Program-made: the position numbers and the translations under genes | Source: an uncultured Anaerolineae bacterium | Lineage (GTDB): Bacteria; Chloroflexota; Anaerolineae; Fen-1058 | Reading direction: 5' to 3' | DNA length: 64,000 nucleotides | Assembly (NCBI GenBank): GCA_964651475.1 | Contig: CAZYXV010000018.1 | Location: forward strand, 11,474 to 75,473 | Part shown: positions 7,005 through 16,158 of the stretch, in pieces | How positions within the stretch are numbered: the first letter of the stretch is position 1 | Layout of the letters: each line of letters begins with the position of its first letter | The notes under the pieces: model-generated | Seen by the model: the letters and a program-made list of their open reading frames with translations, nothing else | What the model was told of the DNA's origin: nothing | The model's database searches: none

Positions 7005-9362
7005 TTATTTCGCTGCATCAAGTTCCGCCTGCAACTGACTCAGGCGCTTGTCGCGGTCTGCCACAAAACGCTCAATGCCTTGCAAAATCCATTCGGGCGA
7101 AAGGCGCGCCTCTTCCAACACTTCGTCTACCGTGCCGCCCGTGCGCCAGCGATTGTCCCAATCGGCGGAAAGCGCGTATTCTTCGGCGACCTTGTTAAAC
7201 AGCCAGTCGTGCATCAACCAGCGCGCCTGCGTGGTGATGACGGTCGAATTGATGCGGTCGCCCGGTCCAAGCACCCGGCTGCGATAGTCCTCCGCTTGCA
7301 GCGCAAACAACTGCGGGCTGGTGGCGCACACGAGCTTGACATTCAATCCGCGTTTGTCCAACTCTGGCAGCAGCTTGATGACGTTCGCCACGGCGCTGGT
7401 GCCTTGCACGATGACGGCGCCGCCCCTGGGTTGGCCCGCAACGTAATCGCGCATCACGTAAGCGCCGCGCGCCGCTTCAAAGTGCGAAGGCATCCCCAGC
7501 TTGTCGCGGTCGGGAATCACTATCGGCGGGCGGGTGAGATGCAAGCCAATGATGGGCGCGGGCAACTTGAGCGCCGCGCCCAACAGCACCGGCACCTCGT
7601 TATATTCCCACGGGTGCAAGTTGACGATTTGCCCTTCGGGGAACAGTTGCGTCGCGCCGGGCGCAAAGATGCCAAAGTGCGTGCGGCTGTCTTCGGCGGT
7701 TTCAGGCCCCGAGTGGCCGGCGATCCAGATCACCTTGCCCACCTTCCACTGGCAATCTTGCGCCAGTTGGCTGAACAGGCGGAACATGCCATATTTGAGA
7801 TACGAGAACGAGCCATACGTGGAGCACGCGCCCCAAAAGCCATCAAATTCTTTTTCGGGGTCGGGCGCAAAATTGACGGTGGCCATGCCAGATAAAATGC
7901 CGGCGTTGGCGAACTCGGTGATCTCTTGCGGCAGCAGCACGCCGTCAGATGTCCCAAAGCGCTCGTACCAGCCATGGCCGGGGAAATCGCCATATTTTTC
8001 GGCAAAGCCGCTGATATTGGTTGAGCCGGCCAGATCCGCCGAGCAGACCACAAACAAGGGGCGGCCATATTCTTGCGCGCCAAACGCATTGACCCACGCG
8101 CCCCACCTGGCCAGCGCCGCGCGGTTGGCGATCGACGCGCCCGGCTTGACGTAAATGTCCGCCGGATAGTTGCGGTAATCGTACAGCCGCTCGTCGTGGA
8201 AGGGATTGCCCTTTTTGCCGATCTTGAGCGTGGGAATATCTTCAGGCACGCTGTCGCCCAACACTACCAGGCGCTCGGCCAAATAATCCACCAAAGCCTG
8301 GTCGCGATGCAGCACGTCTATCACGGCCTTTAGATTCGCCTCGAACTCGGCGCGCAGCTCGGCGGGGTCCTCGGGCGCGCAACCGCCAAAATTGGCAAAA
8401 GTCACGCCGTATTTTTCGGCAAAGGGGCGCTTGGTGTCCCAGAACATTTCACAGTTGAGCTTGTGAGGGACGCCGTGCACCACGTTATCGTACTTGAGGT
8501 AGCCGCGCCCCTTGCGCGTCTTGAGCCAGGCCACGCCCGGCGCGCGGGTGGGATTGTCGCCCATCACCATAGACAGAATGGCCTGCGTCACCGGCCCCCA
8601 CTCGTTGCCGAACTCGGCGCTGAACGCGCGCCAGCCATGCGATGCGAACCAATCTGTCGGCGTGCCGTACACCACGCTGCTGACGGGATGATTGTCAATG
8701 CCGAAATCGTTCCAATCTACCACGTAATACAGATTATCCAGCGCCAGCCCCCAGGCCGAGTTGAACGCTTCGTGATTTGCGCCCGGGGTGAGACCTGCCT
8801 CGCCTTCAAAGGCAAACACCTTCACGCCCTCGGCGCCGGCTCGCTTGAGCGCCAACGCCAGCCCCGCCGCCGCCGGGCTGCCGTGCCCGGATGGGCCGGT
8901 ATTGAACTTGAGAAACAAGGTCTTGCCTTCCATCTCGGCGTGGCCCGATAGCCCCTTGTTGTGCCTAAAGTTCAACAGGTCCTCCCAGGTCAACATGCGC
9001 TCTTGGGGGTTGGGAATGTAATAACGCTCGTCGCCCGTCTGCTGGTACTTGACGCGCATGGCTTCGTTGAACAGCGCCAGCGTGCAATAGACCAGCGGAA
9101 TAGTATGCCCGCCCACCAAGACAAAGCGGTCGCCAAAGCGTTTTTCAGGGTGGCGAATGTCCCAGCGCATCACGCCGCTGAGCAGCGTGACGACCAACGC
9201 GTGTACTTTAGAACGCGAACCGCCAGGGTGTCCACTCTGGCGGTAATTGAGAATCAGATCAATCAGTTGATCAATCAAATCTTTGGTCTTTTCCCAGTAA
9301 TCAAAATGCTGGGTCAATGTGTGGTATTGATGTGCTATACATTCTTCATTTGCACGATCCAT
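7005..9362 (-). CDS. tkt: Transketolase (single-chain N+C form)
   Basis: SGHPGGS, LSGHAE, NTGPSGHG, TPP motif FEGEAGLTPG..HEA..SA...ALDNL..VVDWND, KTRKGRG, SADLAGST, ITEFANAG, HSGPETAEDSRTH; start MDRANEE after RBS AAAGGAG. Confidence 0.85.
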   Translation of the reverse strand: MDRANEECIAHQYHTLTQHFDYWEKTKDLIDQLIDLILNYRQSGHPGGSRSKVHALVVTLLSGVMRWDIRHPEKRFGDRFVLVGGHTIPLVYCTLALFNEAMRVKYQQTGDERYYIPNPQERMLTWEDLLNFRHNKGLSGHAEMEGKTLFLKFNTGPSGHGSPAAAGLALALKRAGAEGVKVFAFEGEAGLTPGANHEAFNSAWGLALDNLYYVVDWNDFGIDNHPVSSVVYGTPTDWFASHGWRAFSAEFGNEWGPVTQAILSMVMGDNPTRAPGVAWLKTRKGRGYLKYDNVVHGVPHKLNCEMFWDTKRPFAEKYGVTFANFGGCAPEDPAELRAEFEANLKAVIDVLHRDQALVDYLAERLVVLGDSVPEDIPTLKIGKKGNPFHDERLYDYRNYPADIYVKPGASIANRAALARWGAWVNAFGAQEYGRPLFVVCSADLAGSTNISGFAEKYGDFPGHGWYERFGTSDGVLLPQEITEFANAGILSGMATVNFAPDPEKEFDGFWGACSTYGSFSYLKYGMFRLFSQLAQDCQWKVGKVIWIAGHSGPETAEDSRTHFGIFAPGATQLFPEGQIVNLHPWEYNEVPVLLGAALKLPAPIIGLHLTRPPIVIPDRDKLGMPSHFEAARGAYVMRDYVAGQPRGGAVIVQGTSAVANVIKLLPELDKRGLNVKLVCATSPQLFALQAEDYRSRVLGPGDRINSTVITTQARWLMHDWLFNKVAEEYALSADWDNRWRTGGTVDEVLEEARLSPEWILQGIERFVADRDKRLSQLQAELDAAK

Positions 9363-9563
9363 GCGCGGCTCCTTTTTGTGTGGATAGTTGGCGATGGCAG
9401 GCGAACAGGCGCTCCCTGCCCTGACTCTACTATTCATTATAGTATAACTTGATTGAATGGGACAACTGACAAGTTTCCTGCTTTTCAAAGATAATGTTTC
9501 ACCTTGCAATCTCGTCCCCAGTATGTGCAGGAATCCATTTTGAAGTATAATTACAGCAAGGTG

Positions 9564-10286
9564 ATGAACGTGCAAAATCGAACATCTGGCAAAGACGATA
9601 TTAACGAAACCACGCTCTTACGACAGATTCCGCTTTTTGCCGACTTGTCCCAAAGCACGCTGGCGGCGCTGGCGGGCTCGATGGAGCGGCGAACCTATCG
9701 CAAAGGACAGGTCATTCTCCGCCAGGGCGAGCCGGGGGAAAGCTTGTTCGTCATCGTTTCGGGCCAGGTGCGTATCTACACACTCAGCCTCGACGGACAC
9801 GAGCTTTCCATGTGTATTTGCTGCAAGGGCGACTTTTTCGGCGAGATGGCGCTGCTGACTGACCACCCTCGCTCGGCCAGCGCCGCAGCCATGCGGCGCA
9901 CAGAGGCGCTGGTGCTGCACCGCCAGGCCTTTCACAACCAACTGATGTCCAATCCGCAAGCGGCGGTCCGCATCATCGAGACCCTGAGCCAGCGTTTGCG
10001 CCGCACCACCGAAAGCATCGAAGAACTGGTCTCGTTGAACGTCAACCAGCGCATCGCCCGCAAGCTCCTGGAACTGGTCAAACTCTATGGCGTGGAACAA
10101 AAAGACGGCCGGATATTGATTGACCTCGACCTGTCCCAAGAAGCTATCGCCAGCCTGGTCGGCACAACGCGCGAAAGCGCCAACCGCGCCCTCAGCGCCC
10201 TGCGCGATCAGGGCATCGTCCAGATCGAGCGAGTCCACATCCTGGTCAATCGTCCCGCGGAACTGGAAAAAGTCTTGACGGGCTGA
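9564..10286 (+). CDS. Crp/Fnr family transcriptional regulator
   Basis: LRQIPLFADL, QGEPGESLFVIVSGQVRI, GDFFGEMALL..HPRSASA, SQEAIASLVGTTRESANRALSAL. Confidence 0.92.
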   Translation: MNVQNRTSGKDDINETTLLRQIPLFADLSQSTLAALAGSMERRTYRKGQVILRQGEPGESLFVIVSGQVRIYTLSLDGHELSMCICCKGDFFGEMALLTDHPRSASAAAMRRTEALVLHRQAFHNQLMSNPQAAVRIIETLSQRLRRTTESIEELVSLNVNQRIARKLLELVKLYGVEQKDGRILIDLDLSQEAIASLVGTTRESANRALSALRDQGIVQIERVHILVNRPAELEKVLTG

Positions 10287-10317
10287 CAATCGTGGAGCAG
10301 CTTGCCTAAGGAGATAA

Positions 10318-11190
10318 ATGACTGTCTATAAAATGACCATCTACAACGTTGACGGCCAACCCATCCACGTACACGAGGAAGGCCCCCCCACCGGCAAACT
10401 CGCCTTGCTTGTTCACGGTTGGTCAAGTTCGTGGTATGCCGTCTCGCCGCTGCTGCCCATGTTGAGCCAACGCTTCAAATGCCTGGCGGTGGATTTGCCC
10501 GGTTACGGCGAGTCGCCGCCCATGTCCAAGCGCGTGGTCATTCAAGATTACGTCGAACTGCTGGCCACGCTCATCCGCGAGCTTAGCCCCCAACCCATCG
10601 TCTTGATCGGCCATTCGATGGGCGGCATGATCAGCGCCGCCATGTCGCTGTGCTACCCCGAACTGATCGAACGCATGGTCTTGCTGTGTCCCACCATCAG
10701 CGGCAACCTGTCCATGTTCATCAACCTCTTCATGTCGCCCTTCGTGGTGATGGAGCGCTTTGCCGTCACCCGGAAAATGGTCGAGCTGCTCGAGCCGCAA
10801 ATGTTGAGATTGACCGATCGCTTGCTGCGCCCGGCGCTGTTTGCCGACCGCAGCGGCATCACGCTGGAAGAATACAAGCGCATCCGCGCCGACGCGCGCC
10901 GCCCCGGTCAGGGGCACACGCGCGCCGAGTGTTTCTGGGCCATGCGCCAGAACGATTTGCGCGGCAAGCTGAGCGCCATCAAAACGCCCGCGCTGGTGGT
11001 GTGGGGGATGGAAGACAACACCGTGCCGCTGCGCGACGCCAGCGCCGTCGCCCGCGAGTGGCCCGACGCCGACTTGCGCGTCATCCCCAACGCCGGCCAC
11101 TGGCCCCAGTTCGAAACGCCCGAGATCACGGAACGCTACGTGCGAGCCTTCCTCAGCACGCCGCTCAAGTTGCTCAAAGTCGAATTTTGA
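10318..11190 (+). CDS. Alpha/beta fold hydrolase
   Basis: LVHGWSSS, DLPGYGES, GHSMGG nucleophile elbow, WGMEDNTVP, AGHWPQFE. Confidence 0.9.
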   Translation: MTVYKMTIYNVDGQPIHVHEEGPPTGKLALLVHGWSSSWYAVSPLLPMLSQRFKCLAVDLPGYGESPPMSKRVVIQDYVELLATLIRELSPQPIVLIGHSMGGMISAAMSLCYPELIERMVLLCPTISGNLSMFINLFMSPFVVMERFAVTRKMVELLEPQMLRLTDRLLRPALFADRSGITLEEYKRIRADARRPGQGHTRAECFWAMRQNDLRGKLSAIKTPALVVWGMEDNTVPLRDASAVAREWPDADLRVIPNAGHWPQFETPEITERYVRAFLSTPLKLLKVEF

Positions 11191-11194
11191 CGGG

Positions 11195-11223
11195 TTGACA
11201 CTCCTGTCTATCAGAGGTAACAT
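11195..11223 (+). promoter_or_regulatory. Sigma70 promoter for the ino1 cluster
   Basis: TTGACA-N17-TAACAT upstream of RBS AAGGAG. Confidence 0.6.
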
Positions 11224-11261
11224 ACTGCATCACAAAATATCACCTGATCACAAGGAGACAA

Positions 11262-12344
11262 ATGGCAAAGAAACGCAAAGTTCGTGTGGCTATCATCGGC
11301 GTTGGGAACTGCGCCAGCTCGCTGGTACAGGGCGTGCACTATTACCGCAACGCTCAAGATGATGACCGCGTGCCCGGCTTGATGCACGTCCGGCTGGGCG
11401 GTTATCACATTAACGATATCGAGTTCACCGCCGGTTTCGACGTAGACATCAACAAGGTGGGCAAGGACCTGGCCGAAGCCATTTACGCGCCGCCTAACAA
11501 CACCTACAAATTTGCCGACGTGCCCACCCTGGGCGTCCAAGTCCATCGCGGGATGACGCACGACGGGCTGGGCAAGTATCTATCACACATCATCACCAAA
11601 GCGCCGGGCCCGACGGCCGACATTGTCAAAATTCTCAAAGACACCGGCACCGACGTGGTCGTCAATTATCTGCCCGTCGGCAGCGAGATGGCGACCAAGT
11701 GGTACGTGGAGCAGGTGTTGGAAGCCGGCTGCGCGTTTGTCAACTGCATCCCGGTCTTTATCGCGCGCGAGGCTTACTGGCAGCGCCGCTTCGAAGAGCG
11801 CGGCCTGCCCGTCATCGGCGACGACATCAAGAGCCAGGTGGGCGCCACTATCACGCACCGCGTGCTGACGCGGCTGTTTGTCGAGCGCGGCGTGCGGATT
11901 GATCGCACGTACCAGCTCAACTTTGGCGGCAATACCGACTTTTTGAACATGCTCGAGCGCGAACGGCTGGAAAGTAAAAAGATTTCCAAGACCAACGCCG
12001 TCACCAGCCAGATTCCATACCCGCTAGACCAGGACGACGTGCACGTCGGGCCCAGCGATTACGTGCCCTGGCTGCAAGATCGCAAGTGGTGCCACATCCG
12101 CATGGAAGGCACCACGTTCGGCGACGTGCCGCTGAACCTGGAGCTCAAGCTGGAAGTATGGGATAGCCCCAACAGCGCTGGCGTGGTCATTGACGCGGTG
12201 CGCTGCGCCAAGCTGGCATTAGAGCGCGGCTTGAAAGGGGCGTTGTTTGGACCTTCCTCTTACTTTATGAAAAGCCCACCGCAGCAATTCACCGACGAGG
12301 TGGCGCGGCAAAAGACCGAAGAATTTATCGCCAGCAAGGGGTAG
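11262..12344 (+). CDS. ino1: myo-inositol-1-phosphate synthase
   Basis: [70 protein letters not shown]. Confidence 0.96.
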   Translation: MAKKRKVRVAIIGVGNCASSLVQGVHYYRNAQDDDRVPGLMHVRLGGYHINDIEFTAGFDVDINKVGKDLAEAIYAPPNNTYKFADVPTLGVQVHRGMTHDGLGKYLSHIITKAPGPTADIVKILKDTGTDVVVNYLPVGSEMATKWYVEQVLEAGCAFVNCIPVFIAREAYWQRRFEERGLPVIGDDIKSQVGATITHRVLTRLFVERGVRIDRTYQLNFGGNTDFLNMLERERLESKKISKTNAVTSQIPYPLDQDDVHVGPSDYVPWLQDRKWCHIRMEGTTFGDVPLNLELKLEVWDSPNSAGVVIDAVRCAKLALERGLKGALFGPSSYFMKSPPQQFTDEVARQKTEEFIASKG

Positions 12345-12395
12345 AGAGTTGAGGGAAGAGACCGTGTAGATTCTCTGCGCTCTACACTCTACAAG

Positions 12396-13343
12396 ATGGG
12401 TGCTTATACGCTATTTCGCCTGGCCGCCGCGCTCTTTCCGCACATTCCTCCCAGACTAGCCTATCCATTGGCTGGATGGGCCGGAGAAATCAACTACCGG
12501 CTCAACAGGCGACTGGCCGACGCTGTGCGAGGCAACCTCTGGCACGTGATGAGGTGGCAAGTGTGCGGCGAGGGTATTGAAAACGCGCCCGATCTCGCGC
12601 CAGAGGTTGAGCGGGGCGCCCGTCAGGTATTTCAGGCCCTTGTCAAAAACTATTACGACCTTTTCCGCCTGGCAGCGGCAGGCACGCCGCAAATACTCGG
12701 CCTGCTCGACATAAACGGCGGAGAACATATCCAGGCGACGCAATCGTTGGAACGCGGGCTGATCCTGGCCTCGGCGCATTACGGCAACCCAGAGTTGCTT
12801 ATGCAGGCGGTGGCGGCGCTGCGGGTGCCCATTCTGGCCGTGGCCGAGCATCTCTACCCGGAACGGTTCCACCAGTACGTGGTCGAGTTGCGCAGCCGGC
12901 ACGGCTTGCGCTTGATCTCGGCCGATGGCCCTTTGATGGAGGTGTATCGCACCATACGGCGCGGGGAGGCCATCGCGCTGGCGCTCGACCGCGACACGAC
13001 TGATAGCGGCGTGGATACGCTCTTTCTGGGTGCGCCGGCGCACCTGCCTGATGGGTACGCCAGGCTGGCTGCGCGCACTCGCGCGCCGCTGCTGATCGGC
13101 TTTGCGCGGCGCTTGCCAGGCGAGCGGATTCGACTAGATATAGAGCCGCCTTACGTGCCCCCTGAAAACACCTCGCGCGAAGTGGTATACGCACAGGCGC
13201 TAGAGTTTGGGATGGATGCGCTCGCTCGCGCTGTAACCGCCCATCCCGACCAGTGGGTATTGACGACCAGACTATGGAAAAAAACAACGCATCTTGCGTC
13301 AAACGTAAGCCATACTTTTGACGCAGGACGATTGGAGTCTTGA
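12396..13343 (+). CDS. patA: Phosphatidylinositol-mannoside acyltransferase (PatA / LpxL-like family)
   Basis: SAHYGNPE catalytic His motif, ALALDRD, FLGAPAHLPDGYARLA, HPDQW; position between ino1 and pimA. Confidence 0.7.
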   Translation: MGAYTLFRLAAALFPHIPPRLAYPLAGWAGEINYRLNRRLADAVRGNLWHVMRWQVCGEGIENAPDLAPEVERGARQVFQALVKNYYDLFRLAAAGTPQILGLLDINGGEHIQATQSLERGLILASAHYGNPELLMQAVAALRVPILAVAEHLYPERFHQYVVELRSRHGLRLISADGPLMEVYRTIRRGEAIALALDRDTTDSGVDTLFLGAPAHLPDGYARLAARTRAPLLIGFARRLPGERIRLDIEPPYVPPENTSREVVYAQALEFGMDALARAVTAHPDQWVLTTRLWKKTTHLASNVSHTFDAGRLES

Positions 13344-14528
13344 TTGCACATCGCTCTTGTTTCACCTTACGATTACGGTGTGTCCGGCGGCGTCAACAAG
13401 CACATCGGCTGCCTGGCAACCGCGTTCACCAGCATGGGGCATACGGCGCGCATCATCGCGCCATGTTCGGATAAAGACTCTAATGGCAATCATCACCTGA
13501 TAACCGCATCGTCCCATATTGTCCGCGTGCCCTTTGCAGGCTCGGTGGCGCGCATCAGCCTGTCGCCGCGCTCGTACCAGCGCGTCAAAGGCATTTTGCA
13601 AGCTGGCAACTATGACGTGCTGCACCTGCACGAACCACTGATGCCCACACTGCCGCTGGCTGTGCTGCGCCATCGCGACCTGGTGCCGAAAGCCGTTTGC
13701 GTGGGCACCTTTCATGCCTACCGCGAGGCCAGCCAGGCCTATTACTATGGCCGGTCCATTTTCACGCGCTTTTTTAAAAGGCTGGATAGCATGATTGTAG
13801 TATCCGAGGCGGCCCGGCAGTACCACATGCGTTATTTTCAGGCAGAGTATGCCATCATTCCCAACGGCGTTGACGTGGCTCACTTTGCCGATCCTGCCGT
13901 CAGACCGGTTGAACGCTTTGCCGACGGGCGGCCCAACATCTTGTTCGTGGGCCGCCTGGAAAAACGCAAAGGCTTGCCTTACCTGCTTGAAGCGTTCGCG
14001 CACGTGCGGCAGGCCATTCCAGACGCGCGCCTGCTGGTAGTGGGCGCGTACGACAAGCTGGAAAAAATACCCTTTGTGCTCCAGGCGCGTCAACTGGGTC
14101 TATCGGGCGTGCACTTTATCGGGCGTGTAGACGAACTGGACCTGGCGCGTTATTACCGCACGGCCACCGTCTTTTGCGCGCCGTCTACCGGCATGGAAAG
14201 CTTTGGCCTCATTCTGCTAGAAGCCATGGCCGCCGGCGCGCCCATCGTATGTTCGGATATTGATGGCTATCGCGGCGTGGTGGCCGATGGCGTGGATGGC
14301 TGGCTGGTTCCGCCCGAAGACCCGGCGGCCCTGGCTGAGGCGCTCGTCGCGCTGCTGAACGATCCCGCGCGGCGCGCGGCGATGAGCGCGGCCGGCAGCC
14401 TCAAAGTGCACCGTTACGATTGGAATGTCGTCGCAGGCCAGGTGTTGGAGCATTACCAGGCTTTGCGAGAGCGCCTCCGCGCGCGCCCGGCGCGGGGCAA
14501 ATCATTGGCGCTGGAAGCCGATACATAA
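13344..14528 (+). CDS. pimA: GT4 glycosyltransferase, PimA-like phosphatidyl-myo-inositol mannosyltransferase
   Basis: IALVSPYDYGVSGGVNKHI, LHLHEP, GTFH, IIPNGVD, FVGRLEKRKG, ESFGLILLEAMAAG. Confidence 0.75.
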   Translation: MHIALVSPYDYGVSGGVNKHIGCLATAFTSMGHTARIIAPCSDKDSNGNHHLITASSHIVRVPFAGSVARISLSPRSYQRVKGILQAGNYDVLHLHEPLMPTLPLAVLRHRDLVPKAVCVGTFHAYREASQAYYYGRSIFTRFFKRLDSMIVVSEAARQYHMRYFQAEYAIIPNGVDVAHFADPAVRPVERFADGRPNILFVGRLEKRKGLPYLLEAFAHVRQAIPDARLLVVGAYDKLEKIPFVLQARQLGLSGVHFIGRVDELDLARYYRTATVFCAPSTGMESFGLILLEAMAAGAPIVCSDIDGYRGVVADGVDGWLVPPEDPAALAEALVALLNDPARRAAMSAAGSLKVHRYDWNVVAGQVLEHYQALRERLRARPARGKSLALEADT

Positions 14529-14564
14529 TGTCCATACGCTTTCCAGCCCACAATAGGACAAAAA

Positions 14565-15206
14565 ATGACAGAATCTTTAGAATCTAACTCGCCATCGTCC
14601 CCCACCTTCACCGATTGGGCCAGGCAATGGGGCGGCAAAATCCTGGCGCCGCTAGTCAACGTGCTGGCGCGCCTGGGATTTTCGCCCAACATGGTCACCA
14701 TCATCGGCCTGCTTTTGAACGCGAGCGCTGCCTTGCTGCTGGCAAGTGGGCGACTGGCCTGGGGCGGGGGCGTGATGTTGGCGGCCGGCATTTTCGACGC
14801 GCTGGATGGATCGCTGGCTCGCCTGACCGGGCGCCAGACACGTTTCGGCGCGTTCCTGGATTCGACGCTCGACCGCTACAGCGAAGCGTTTGTGTTTGCC
14901 GGGCTGGCGTGGTTTTATCTCAGCGCGGGGCAGCGCCTCCCCATCATGCTCATCATCGCCTCGCTGGTCGGCTCGATTATGGTCAGCTATGCGCGCGCTC
15001 GCGCGGAGGGATTGGGCATCGAATGTAAGGGTGGGTTGCTCACCCGCTTCGAACGGGTTCTCCTCATCGGCATCGCCCTCCTCGCCGGCCTGATCCAGCC
15101 CGCGCTCTGGCTGCTGGCGATCTTGACCAACTTGACCGCCGTTCAACGCATCATTTCCGTTTGGCGCGCCACGCGCGACGAACGGCAGACGCACAACAAG
15201 CCATAG
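14565..15206 (+). CDS. pgsA: CDP-alcohol phosphatidyltransferase (phosphatidylinositol-phosphate synthase-like)
   Basis: SPNMVTIIG, DALDGSLAR..G..T.FGAFLDSTLDRYSE, SYARARAEGLG, GLLTRFER. Confidence 0.85.
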   Translation: MTESLESNSPSSPTFTDWARQWGGKILAPLVNVLARLGFSPNMVTIIGLLLNASAALLLASGRLAWGGGVMLAAGIFDALDGSLARLTGRQTRFGAFLDSTLDRYSEAFVFAGLAWFYLSAGQRLPIMLIIASLVGSIMVSYARARAEGLGIECKGGLLTRFERVLLIGIALLAGLIQPALWLLAILTNLTAVQRIISVWRATRDERQTHNKP

Positions 15207-15213
15207 GGATGCC

Positions 15214-16155
15214 ATGATTGAGGCGATTGAACTGACCAAACAATTCTACAACAACGCTCAAGAGGCCGGCAAGCCTTTCACCGCCGTAGACGCGCTCTCG
15301 CTCTCCGTTCAAGCCGGCCAGGTGCTGGCGCTGTTGGGGCCAAACGGCGCGGGCAAGACGACGACGGTACGCATGCTCTCGGCGGTCCTGACTCCAACCA
15401 GCGGGCAGGCGCGGGTAGCCGACTACGACGTGGTCAAGTCGGCCGCCCAGGTCCGCCGGGCAGTGGGTGTGCTGACCGAAGCGCCCGGCCTCTACCTGCG
15501 CATGCGCGCCATCGAGTATCTCGACTTTTTCGGCCAACTGTACGGTTTGAGCGCAAGCGCGCGCCGGGCGCGCGCTCAACAGCTTTTGGAGCGCTTTGGC
15601 ATGGCCGGCACAACGGAACAACATCTGAGCGAATACTCTAAAGGCATGCGCCAAAAACTGGCCCTGATACGCGCCATGATGCACGACCCTGCCGTGCTGC
15701 TGCTCGACGAGCCGACCTCGGCCATGGACCCTCACAGCGCCAAGCTGGTGCGCGACGCCATCACCGAGTTGCGCCGCGACCAGCGCGCCATTATCTTGTG
15801 TACCCACAACCTGCCCGAGGCCGAACAACTGGCAGACCGCATCGCCATCATTCGACGCGGGCGGATAATTGCCCTGGGTACTCCGGGCGAACTCAAAGCG
15901 CGCTTGCTGGGAGCGCCCGTGATGGAAGTGCGCACCGCCACCCCTTTAGACAGCCTGATGCCAGGCCTGCTCCAACAAGTCGAGGTTTTAGAATACGGCA
16001 GCACGTGGCTGCGCTACCAATCCGACGACATCGAGCGCGACAATCCACGCGTGGTGCGGTGGCTGACCGAACAGGGCGCGGATATTCTCACCGTTAGCCC
16101 GGTCCCGCGCAGCCTGGAGACCGTCTATCTGAAAGTAGTAGAAGATGAGAAGTAG
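15214..16155 (+). CDS. ABC transporter ATP-binding subunit (ABC-2/export type)
   Basis: GPNGAGKTT, YSKGMRQK, LLLDEPT, CTHNL. Confidence 0.93.
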   Translation: MIEAIELTKQFYNNAQEAGKPFTAVDALSLSVQAGQVLALLGPNGAGKTTTVRMLSAVLTPTSGQARVADYDVVKSAAQVRRAVGVLTEAPGLYLRMRAIEYLDFFGQLYGLSASARRARAQQLLERFGMAGTTEQHLSEYSKGMRQKLALIRAMMHDPAVLLLDEPTSAMDPHSAKLVRDAITELRRDQRAIILCTHNLPEAEQLADRIAIIRRGRIIALGTPGELKARLLGAPVMEVRTATPLDSLMPGLLQQVEVLEYGSTWLRYQSDDIERDNPRVVRWLTEQGADILTVSPVPRSLETVYLKVVEDEK

Positions 16156-16158
16156 AAC

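Noticed and set aside
7005-9575. ORF-track extended starts (e.g. 9575, 22705, 39401, 38181, 17520, 58202, 50863)
   Set aside because: Extensions overlap neighbouring genes or promoters and lack an RBS; downstream starts with good SD sequences and motif onset were used.
11223-11255. CRP site ahead of ino1 (TCACA motifs)
   Set aside because: Only direct ATCAC repeats, not the TGTGA-N6-TCACA palindrome; too weak to call.
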